Source: Lobosporangium transversale | Taxonomy: Eukaryota | NCBI RefSeq assembly: GCF_002105155.1 | Contig: NW_019028979.1 | Coordinates: 558,001-622,000, forward strand | Reading direction: 5' to 3' | Length of the DNA stretch: 64,000 nt | Shown here: piece after piece, positions 13,044 to 23,326 of the stretch | Numbering within the stretch: position 1 is the first letter of the stretch | Layout of the letters: the number at the start of each line of letters is the position of its first letter | The notes under the pieces: generated by a model | What the model was told of the DNA's origin: nothing | Seen by the model: only the letters and a program-made list of their open reading frames with translations | The model's database searches: none | Translations under genes and position numbers: made by a program

Positions 13044-15712
13044 GGTTAAGAAAAGAGAAGAGAGAAATATAAAAAAATAAATATAAAAATAAAAATAACA
13101 AAAAAAAAAGGGCGTAGCTATTTCCTGTTAAGAGAGAGGATGGAGTGCTGTTGTTGCTTATAAGAAACGCTGTCGTCACGATGACTTTTTCATATCTTCT
13201 TCCTTTGGCTCTATTTTTTTCTTTTTTTTTTTTTTTTTTTTTTTTTTCTTTTTTTATGTTTATCCGTGGTCAAGGTAGAATAAAGTATGAAGATGCTGTA
13301 GGGAGACGATGATAACTGCAAAGTTGATGTCGCTGTTACGGATGTACGTGCCGCAAGTGTTTGTCTGACCAAAAAGTCGTGTTCAAATATGACAGCGGTT
13401 CGGTTACACGATATGAAGAGAAGAGAAGCTAAATTACGCTTCGACACGGAAATACATAAAACAAATATCATAGTCTGTAATTAGGTTTTCTTTCTCTTAT
13501 TGACATTGCTGGTGATGGCTAACATTACTGGATTGGCATGGATCTCGATGAGACTATGACGCTGATGACGAGCACCTTAGTAGAAGAAGGAAAAAAAAAA
13601 AAAGGTGCTAAGGCAGCCTGGGGAAAAAGATACTAAAAACGACCCTGCATTGACGTTGTTTTAATTGTCTTAATTGATTCTTTGAGCTGCCTTCGATCCC
13701 AATAGACAACGCTCTCCTTTGCTTTTTTCTTCTGTAACCCCTCGTTTTTTCTCTTACATCTGTTCCCCTCTTTTCCTTCATTTCCTTCCATCTGCTCAAA
13801 ACTTAGGCTCAGTTATCCTTTTTTTTTTAAGTGATCATCTAAGCGCTTTATATCAAACCAGCTGACAGTTTTCTCTGATCCCATAGTCAATAGCGAAGAA
13901 AAAAAATGGTAATAAAGATGAAAACAAGTAATCTGCAAACATTTCCTATCCTAGTCTAGATTTCTGTTAACTTACGGATTGGATCTTGATTCACAAAATA
14001 TGCACAGCAAAAACAATTGCTCCGAGAATTTTTTTTGATCTGCAATACAGTCACAGCACTGTCAGGCAAGAAGTTATCCACTAGCTTATTTTTTTTGTGA
14101 GCCTGGATCTCGCAATGGCTCTTGCGCTCGATTGAGTAAAGGAAGGAAAGAGAGATGTTGTGCCTGTTACTTTGAATTGTCGATGTTGATCCAGACTGTT
14201 TTAGTAAGGATTACTGTTTGTCAATAGAAAGAAGGAATGCTTAGCATGCTTAGCTTACAAAATAAAGTGAAGAAATAATAATAACAATAATAAAAAAGTA
14301 TCTTAGGATTTTTAGACTCTTTGCTTAGTATCGCTTCGTACCGTCTTTTGTTTAATAAACAATAGATTGGAAGCCAGGAAACCAACAAACTGGGTTCGAA
14401 GACTGAATGGATTGCTTGGACAGACAAAACGAGTGTGAAACAAAGACAGGTAGACAGGTGATGTGCCTGCAAATGATGTGCAATAATAAAAAATATCTAT
14501 CAATCGACGATATGCAAATAAAGAGGTGGAAATTGAGGAAATAATATTAAAACGTAATGTTTCAACAATGGGTGAAAGGATGATGAAAGAAACGAAAGAG
14601 TGTAAAAAAAAAAAAAAAAATGATGGTGAATAACGAATATGAATGAAACAAAAATAAATAAAAAAAAAAAAAAAAAAAGAAAAAAGAAAAAAATAAAAAA
14701 TAAAAAAAAGATCAGTGATCTCACATTTCACAGACAGACAACACACAGACATCTTGTTAATGTCACCATCTCATATTGGATCTTCAAAAAGACATCAAGG
14801 TCCAAAGTGCACAACATTACTATTCTCTTATTTCTTGGTTGTTTCTGAATGCATGCTTTGTAACAGTAGACAAATATGCACATAAACATCCAATGTATTT
14901 TTTATATACAATAATATAAGCGAGAGCCACAGACAATTTGGCACTATTTGTAGTTGAAGATTTCCATTCCTCTCCTCCTTTAGGTTCCAGTGATGGGGTC
15001 CTTAGGAGGCCGCCGTTTCAAAGCGTCCCCAGGATGGAGAGTATGTCTTACCATCGAAACTACCAATTAAACTTTATCGCGCTCATCACTTTACCTTTTA
15101 GCCATGTATCTTCTGAAAATAACTGGACAACCACAGCCAGTTCATTTGTTATTCAGATGTATCTAAGCTATACTATTTAATCGGGGGCGACTTTGGATTT
15201 CGTCTCCATAAAAGAATTATGAAAGTTACCCCACCCACCAGGCTGCAGATCGCATTCGAGATGATCAAATTCATTGTGTGGAGACTACTGTTTTTTTTAG
15301 TGTATCAATCCAAGCAGGCGGCAGCTACACAAGATTTCCATCGGAAGCTTGGTACTCTCTCCATCAACCTTCGATGTGTCTCTTTTTGATGCTGGAAAAT
15401 AGTGAGGGTCTAAATATGATCACCATACACATTCACAGTTGGTTAGTACTATAACGTATAGTCAAACACCCAGCCAATCTATTTACACAGCAGAAAACAG
15501 GATATTACCCATTCATTCTTCTCTTGAGATTTTCGTCTGATGACTCTAGAAAAATGAAAGAGCGTGTTAATGGCAAGGATATTCACATTGTGCTCAAATC
15601 AAGGAATATACTGGTGTAAGAAGATGTAAACGCCAGTCAGTGGAGAGCTAGAGCATGTATGCGAAATAGGCTCAAGCAGAAAAAATAACAAATTCATCAA
15701 TGTAAACAAGTC

Positions 15713-15931
15713 AAATAAAAAATAAAAAATAAAAAATAAAAAATAAAAAATAAAAAATAAAAAATAAAAAATAAAAAATAAAAAATAAAAAATAAAAAAT
15801 AAAAAATAAAAAATAAAAAATAAAAAATAAAAAATAAAAAATAAAAAATAAAAAATAAAAAATAAAAAATAAAAAATAAAAAATAAAAAATAAAAAATAA
15901 AAAAAAAAAATAAAAAATAAAAAATAAAAAA
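15713..15931. repeat. Heptanucleotide tandem array (TAAAAAA)n, ~30 copies
   Basis: Directly visible, nearly perfect 7-bp periodicity. Confidence 0.95.
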
Positions 15932-15949
15932 TGTATCTTTAAGCAAAAA

Positions 15950-16570
15950 GGCTCGCGAGAGGACAAAAAAGCAACAGTGAAAGTCGGGGCATGGGCATAG
16001 ACCATGGGTCCCTATACCATCCTAGGGCCAGATCCCAAAGGGGTTTAAAAGATTTAGCAAACTTAAGAAATTCAACCAACGTTCTGAATTCTCGCCACGG
16101 GCCAAATGCTTGAGCTTTGGAACGAGATGAAAGAGGAACAATCTTTCGAATACAGACGGATCCAATGGGTGTCGGTAAGAGCTTCTCTCCTATTTTTTGA
16201 CAGCAAGAGCATATGCTAAAGATGGCATACCCTCTATATCGCAGATGCAGGAGAGTTGGTTCGGTCTGATGAAGATACTGAGTTTAAGTTGATTCAACGT
16301 TTCCTGGTGCTCGATGGCGAAATTTTGATTTCCGACGATTAGAAAAGGCGTGCTAGTGCCCATCTTAGGTCCCGGGGCTCAGCCGCTAAAGCAATGTTTG
16401 AGAAAATCCTCATACAGAGGTCACAAGGGCGTAGGGGCCTTACGGTTGTCGATGGACATGGCAGGCTTTTCCAACCCGCTCCCCCAATGCCAAAGAAATA
16501 TACATATCTAAGCTATCCCTGGGAGGACTTGCCATTTGCTCTGATGACAAATCTGGATCTTGTTTGATCC
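15950..16570 (+). pseudogene. Degenerate coding-like relic of unknown origin with an intron-like segment (~16175-16244)
   Basis: Higher GC than flanks, short coding-like stretches (QMLELWNEMKEEQSFEYRRIQWVS|gtaag...cag) and stops in all frames. Confidence 0.25.
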
Positions 16571-16964
16571 TCACGGCAAACCAGATGTATTTTTTATGCT
16601 CTTTCGATTTTACTGCGACATAGAAAAACAGAGAAAAATAAAGTTATTGTACAAATTTGTACAATAAACGGTTGGATAGTATATTTGTCGTCATCCTTGC
16701 ATGGTCCGTGCGTGACATAGTCTGTGCAAGAGGTTCTTTAAAAAAAACTCATAAAATGAGCTAATTCCATGGTTTATTGATGATTCTTTTTTGACTAATG
16801 AATGTTTGGCAGATTAATATCGACTCAGTGGAGTTCTTGCACGCAGGCTGGCTCGTTGTAGGGCGGAGTAAACTTCACTGCTCTGAAATCAAGAATGTGG
16901 AAAATATTCAACGGACTTAAGACTTTGTATTATCCCAGTTATTATCTCTGTTTTCTTTTTCTTA

Positions 16965-17870
16965 GTGGTGCTTCTTGGCGCTAGGGGTTATCCTGACCCT
17001 ACCGAAATGTTAAGGAAGACATCTTAATACTGTATATGTTGTTGAAGGGCACCTCAATCTCTGAGATGAATGTATTTTTGCCCAAGAGGTCATTTCATGA
17101 CGTTATTACAGACTTTTTTTGACAGGAAAACGCTTATTTTAGATTAAAAATTAACCTCATGTGTTAGCAACATGTTCTCAAGTATAACCTTTCGTCTGCT
17201 AACGTCGCGGTCCATTAATCCAGAGGAGTTTAAGTGTAATACACTTCACATTGATGACCATGATAGCCGAGTGGCATACCTTATTGCGGACGAAGCTATT
17301 ATGTACTCATACAAACTCAAAAAGTCTGGGCTCCGCATTCAGGTGTGCTGTGGCATAAATAGTATGATTTTGTTTATATCTCAACCCGGCGAATGCCACG
17401 ATTTCAATGACGAAGTCATGCTCTTCAAGATGGCTATTGAGAAGAATATCCGTAACCTTGATTGCATTACTCTGGATGGAGGCTATGCACAATTTCTTCA
17501 CGGCATCGTTGAAAAGAGCGGCTAATTAAATTGTCGAATTTCTGTTGTGCAATCTGGAAGCTGAGAGGAATAGTATTGACAGGCCAGAAAAAAAGCTCAA
17601 CGAAATGATCGGAGGCTTTCATTCCGAGATAGAAAGTTGGTTTGGAGAGATGCGGAGTGCCTTCACAAAGTTTAGTCATACTGTGGTAAAGAGGATATCT
17701 GATATAAGCGCTTTCTTACTGCAATTCAAGCTATGCTGTTTACTCCTTAATATCAAACGCATGGTCGCCTTGTGGAATGTAACAGCAGAGCCGCATCAAA
17801 GCTTCTGGATGTAAGAGAGCTTCGACTATCCAGACGGCACTGATGCAAACGCTACTCAAAAACCTTTTTC
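16965..17870 (+). mobile_element. Degenerate PIF/Harbinger (IS5-like, DDE_Tnp_4) transposase pseudogene
   Basis: Fragments TLHIDDHDSR (IDG-type first Asp), YSYKLKKSGLRIQV, FNDEVM, ITLDGGY and FHSEIESWFG, interrupted by stops and frameshifts. Confidence 0.7.
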
Positions 17871-18019
17871 TCCAAAGACACTCATAGTATTCATAGCCCT
17901 CAGGATTATTCCTAGATCTCACTATCGCTACCACCACTACTATTGCTACTGTCCAAAGTGTCGGCAACGACCATGAGTTGAGCGATGACGCATTAGACGG
18001 TAGTTGTGGTATTTGCAAA

Positions 18020-18530
18020 TGAGCATCGCCCTGGCTCATGGAATATGAGTCCAACGTTTTCAAGAAGTTTGGGGCCTCTCTTCCAGCTTATGTTTGCGTA
18101 GTCTTCATCTATCAGGCCTTCACCGGCTGCCTTTAAAACACGCCGTGTTAAGGAATCCTTGAGAAAGTTTCAATTCCTGGCTGAGATCTTCTTCATCTAC
18201 GTCAGACTACTGCTGTCTCTTCGTCTGGACTGTGTCATAGGCAAGTGGATTCAGAACAAGGCCATTGGCAATATCGTTCCTTTGAGTTTGAACCGAGTTA
18301 TACCTTTGTCTTGTGCCTGTAGGGGTACCTTGTCTTGATAGCCATGAAACATGCGATCTCCTTCAATGTCACAAAGAGAGCCTGTATCTAGACCTCTTTT
18401 GCTCCCTGTACACATTCAAACACTGCAGCCTTGGAAGGATTGTCGAGAGGATGTCAGTTAGGACGTGTTCAGACAGATACACATACCGAGGGGGGACGTA
18501 AGGAAGTCTGTTTTTTTTATTTCTTGTTGA
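18020..18530 (-). pseudogene. Decayed internal fragment of a second Fanzor-like gene, paralogous to 18918-22833 and inverted
   Basis: Minus-strand pieces GYQDKVPLQ..RFKLKGT, NGLVLNPLAYDT and NISWKRGPKLLENV..C align in order with GYKDVGLQ..RKLRTS, NGLTLTLLAYDT and EINWKQRSRLLENV..C of the neighbouring gene. 15-nt exact inverted match at 18231-18245 vs 21257-21271. Confidence 0.8.
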
Positions 18531-18688
18531 TTGTCATGGCGAAGGCTTGATTTGGTAAATGTAGATGATTGGAGAAGAGCTGTAAACAATACTCGAAATC
18601 CAAAAAGTTAAAACTTGTCGCTGAGAAACTTATTGTTTCGAGTTGTTCCAAATTCATCAGCCTTTTGTTTCGTTCTCTTTCATACACC

Positions 18689-18917
18689 TATAAATACGTC
18701 CTGCCTCCTTCTCTTTTTCCCTCTCTCTCTCTCTCTCTCATTTTACAACGACATTGCTTTCGCGCTCTCACCCGTACTCTTACACCCTCATCCCCTCACA
18801 GATCATAACTTTTTGCTTTCTTAAAGGTAAACTATCTCTACTCTAACAACTTCAGCTTCAATCTTTAGCCGCTTAAACCAACATTGCTTGCACTGTTTTA
18901 CACTATACTTTCTCTAG
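18689..18917 (+). promoter_or_regulatory. TATA box, CT-rich leader and 5'-UTR intron of the PIN-Fanzor gene
   Basis: TATAAATA at 18689, pyrimidine/CT tract, and a 91-nt GTAAAC(18827)...CTAG(18917) intron ending right before the ATG. Confidence 0.55.
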
Positions 18918-21900
18918 ATGGGTATTAAAGGACTCTATTCATACCTTTCAAGGAGAGACCTGCCACCAAAGGAGATTGATGTACATGAGCTTGCTGCTGA
19001 ACCCCATTCATCTTTTGAGCTGGATCTGCTTGGCACTTTCCACAGCGATATACATAATATCATCCTAAGGAGATTCAGCTGGCAGAGTTCTTTCACTGCC
19101 TGCGGCCATGCTATGGCTAGTATCATTCGAAAGATCTTTGGTCCTCTTGCCACAGTGACGATACACATTGATGGGCCTCGCTGCGAAGAAAAAACGCGTG
19201 CCTATAGGGACCGAGATGCTAAGCGTACAGCAGCGGATGCAAAACTCGATACGTTCATAGCCAACATGGAAACCAAGTCCAATGAAGGCAAATGGGAATC
19301 TCGAAGCCATATGATTGCCATTAAAAAGAATCTTCGACAGCTCTTCACATTCAGTCATAACGAGAAGAGGGAGCTCGCGGCGCCATTCGGTCGATACAAT
19401 AACTTTGTGATTTGCCATTGTAGAAATGAGGCTGATGTGTGTATTGCCGCCAAATGTACACCAACCAGTATCGCTGTGTCTGGGGACTCTGACCTTCTCA
19501 TCTATCCTTCTATAAAAAGAGTTCTTCGTCCAATCCCTCGTCGCCATCACATGTTTGCACTCTATGAGAAACAAGAGGTCCTGCAAGCCCTTGGGTTTTC
19601 AAGGAACAGTCAACTCCTGGTCTATGGCATTATATCCGATAACGATTACACCCCAAATATCCCAACCTTTGGTCTTGCTACAAATGCTGAGATTATCTCC
19701 GCGCTAACTGACACTGATGCCGAAAAGTTGACGGTATCATATGTTCGTGAGGTCCATGCCCGTAGCCGTCGAACTCCTGCAGAAGGCCAGTTTGACCATT
19801 CAATTAATGTTTTCTTTGGTGGGATCCAAACCCAGGCCTCGCAGCAACCAACCGCTGAAAGATTCCTTCATTACCATGATAGAATGAGGACTGCGATATC
19901 TGCTAGGTACCAGAATAAAAATAATCAACCTCAACCCAGGTAAGCTCCTTCAAATGAACATTTTCCAAAGCATATACAAAAAAAAAAAAAAAAAAGTCAT
20001 CTAACCCTTGACATTGTTGTTCCTAATTAGATTCTATATCCCTAAACGCGCAAAGCCGAATCGCTATCGGCCTGTTTTCCCTACCCAGAAAAAGGAACTT
20101 TCCCCTAAGAAATATGACCTGACCAACTGCAAACAACACGACCGTCCCGTCAGCTCCAGCCGTCAAAGAAAGTCCCCCAAAAAAAAGGAAAAGGAAAAAA
20201 AAGAGGATGACAAAGAAGAGGGGGTTAAGGAGGAAAAGAAGAAAAAAAAGAAGAACAAAGGGAAGGCCAAGTATATCAGAAAGACTGATAAGACCAGGAA
20301 AGTGAAGGAGGCTACTGCCGAGGACCGACGGTTGAAGAGGGCCCACCCCACTGTTGCATTAACTCTGGGCACGTTAAAGACATGTGTAGTTGCCAAGCTG
20401 GACTCTACTTCCGATCCCAATCTCAATCCCGAGCAACTTGCTGCAACAATTCAAGGGCTCATTCAATCATTTATTAAAATGTTGAATGAGGCACGGATTC
20501 GAGCTTTCTGGGCCTGCGCCTTGTGGATCGATAACCTGCTTACCACTGGGCCATCCAATCCAGCTGATCTCCCACAACTCCTAGATGAAGTTCTTGATAG
20601 CAGGGACTTTATTTACGGCCTTGCTGCGTTGTTGTATCACGGAGTGATGAGTCCATTATCTAGGTATAGCAGGGAAGTGAAGAAAAAAGGCGAAGGGAAC
20701 GTAGCCAAGCCGTCCCAGCTCAAAGCATACGAAAACTTCTATGCAAAGACAGGGCTTGGTCCTTTAAACCAGATCTATCCCGATTTGGTGATCAGCAGGT
20801 CGTCTCGGATGGTCATGGTCCCTGTTCAAGCAGCGCTAAGGTCTCACTATCGGAATGCGCAGGTAAATATAATATTATAATATTTTGAGGTTATCTTATA
20901 ATATGTTTATAGAAATGTTCCTAATCATTTCTTCAATATAATGTCTAGTTTGACATAGATATTCCAGGCGATGGAAGAAGTTCCATCCAATTCTTTTTCG
21001 AGCAAAATGCAACTGCCAAAAAATATCTGGATTATTATGGTCTAACCCAACAGTTCGAGAGGAAATAGCCCAATTGTTGGAACTAAACATGAGTACCAAG
21101 GGGGCTGCAGAGGACAAGATCCTTAACCACAAGGGGATATTGTTGCAGGAGCTGTTTTCCTTGAAAGGATACAAGGACGTTGGACTACAATCTGATGATG
21201 GCCCTAGAAGGAAACTACGGACATCGTTCTTTACAAACGGCCTTACCCTAACACTTCTTGCCTATGACACATCGAAGCAAAAAAGAGGTAGAGGTTCGCA
21301 AGCTGCCCAACCTTCGGATACTCAAAGATCTCAAGCAGTCCAGGCTTCTTCAAGTGCTCAGCAGGGATCCTCGTCTTCAGGCCATGGTGCAGGTGATGGT
21401 GGTGATGATGGAGACGACGACGGAAATGAAGATGACGATATCTTGCTGGGTATCAGCGATATTGACTTGCTGGAAGTTGATGAACCATTCTTAGATGGCG
21501 GAGAGGGAGAAGAAGCAGCTAAAGAAGGTACATCGAGCACAAATCCACTGTTCCCGGTGAGTCCCAGTCCCCGGCGTGAGATCAACTGGAAGCAGAGATC
21601 CCGTCTCCTCGAGAATGTAGAAGTTAAATATGACACCCAGGCGGCATGCCCTCCCTCCGAAAGTACCATTATCATTAGGATCGATCCAGGCGAGAGGTAC
21701 TCGATGACAATTGCAAAGTTGGATCCAAGGAAACCTAACGAACGTGAGATCCTTCGGATTTCTAGAGCGTACCTTTACAAACCATCCAAGAAGTTTCAAG
21801 GCGAGCTAGAGAGGCGAAAGCTTAGAAGAGGAATTACAGAGATTGAAAGCAATATTCCGTCATTCTCAAGGCCTACTTTAACACAGTATTTCGCTTATAT

Positions 21901-22833
21901 GAGCTTGCTGCTAAATCAAGCTCCATCAAGTACTGGAGGTAGTTTCTCTGGTAGTGGGGTTGGGGCCAGTAGTAGCAGTAGAGCAGGGATCGGTAGTAGC
22001 AGTGGAGTTGAGGCCAGTAGTAGCAGTGGATCTGGGATCAGTGACGACAATAGGGAGACTATATATAGGGCGCTTGTCGATTTCTATAATGACGGGTGGT
22101 TTGTTCGGAATAGCTGGGATATTAGAAAAGCACAGAACGGATGCATTGATTATGTGATCAAGGCAATTCTGAAGCTTGCGGGCGGAAGCAATGGAAGAAG
22201 AAGAGATGCCAATACGAATGCGGTGATCTGTATTGGACTAGGATCATTCAAGACAAACCGAGGACAAGTATCGAAGCATGGGATATTGATGAAGAAGCTT
22301 GTTGAAAAGGTAAAAAAAAAAAAAAAAAAAATCCCTTGATCAATGACATTTAATTTTTGAGTCTTTTTTTTAACGAGTATTAAATCTGGCTCGAACAGGC
22401 AAAATCTCTAGACTACCCCATTGTAGGTTGTCATGAATACTACACATCTGCCAAGTGTCCACGGCCTCACTGTGACAGTATATTGGAGAATGTTCCTTTT
22501 CGATCCAAGTACTGTCGAAATTGTAAAGCATACTTTGATCGAGATGCTGTTGGTGCTGAGAACATCGCAAGGGTCTGTGAGTCGCAGATAAGAGAGCAAA
22601 AACGACCTGCAAAATATATGCCGCCGGACGGAGGAACTCAAGGCCAAGCTTCTAGCGGTAGTGGCGGCGGTGGAGGTAGTGGTGGCAGTGGTGGCAGTGG
22701 TGGTGGTAGTAGCAGACCCACAAAAAGGAAATTTTCAGATGAAGGAGGAGGAGGAGTAGAGGGATCAAGACCACCGAAAGGACCTTTGCTGGGTCCAGGA
22801 GGAGGGGGAGAGACAAGCCGGCAACAGCAGTAG
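18918..22833 (+). CDS. XPG/FEN1-like PIN nuclease fused to a Fanzor/TnpB-like RuvC-zinc-finger nuclease; exons 18918-19939, 20031-20862, 20949-22309, 22399-22833; apparent frameshift near 21030 (possibly pseudogenized)
   Basis: PIN motifs MGIKGL, ELDLLG, HIDG..EK, EADVCIA, SGDSDLL, NDYTPNIPTFGL. RuvC-I IDPG (Asp 21683), ICIGLGSF, HEYYTSAKCPRPHC (Glu 22435), YCRNC..FDRDAVGAENIA (Asp 22543). Introns are 91, 86 and 89 nt GT-AG, and introns 1 and 3 join in frame. Confidence 0.85.
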
Positions 22834-22849
22834 GACACAATCTACTACA

Positions 22850-23110
22850 AACATGACTAGGTCCAGAAAGGCCTTCGTCTTAAAAAAATTGTAAGTATTG
22901 GCTTGATAGTACTTTTTTTTCTTGGTTAATTTATTTATTTATTTATTTCTGTGTTCTAATACATTTCTTTTTACAATAGATGGAATGTCTCGTTTTTTAA
23001 TGGGACGGACTATAAAGCATGAACTTGCATTTGACCCTGCAGAAATAAAAGATGATTTTATTTTTTATTTTTTTTATTTTGCGTTCATTGACTTGTGCAT
23101 AAGTGGAGGC
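22850..23110 (+). ncRNA. Candidate omega-like guide RNA region downstream of the Fanzor-like gene
   Basis: Sits 3' of the RuvC gene, with G-U-containing hairpins at 22855-22879 and 22987-23006 separated by an intron-like segment 22891-22979; boundaries unknown. Confidence 0.3.
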
Positions 23111-23326
23111 GGGTAGTATATATTTATATATGTTTATACGTATTTAGATATTTAGACGTGTAAAAACCCGAGCAGAATGCAAAAAAAAAAAAAAAAAAGA
23201 TTGCTGAAATAGCCTATTTGTCTATTTGTCTCCTTGCCTTTTCATCGTTTTGCTTAATACTTTCGCACACGTTCCTATCAGCATAGCTGCAGTGCTTTTC
23301 CAAGCTCGATTAAAGAAGAAAGCTCT

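Noticed and set aside
15599..16005. ORFs with FFIFYFL repeats resembling membrane proteins
   Set aside because: These are translations of the (TAAAAAA)n array, not genes.
18918..19943. Stand-alone EXO1/FEN1 housekeeping gene
   Set aside because: Too divergent, and the stop codon overlaps an AG|GTAAGC donor that splices in frame to the downstream exons.
14900..23200. Terminal inverted repeats or Helitron ends bounding the Fanzor island
   Set aside because: No convincing TIR pair, TSD or hairpin-CTRR terminus was found by eye; this needs multi-copy alignment.
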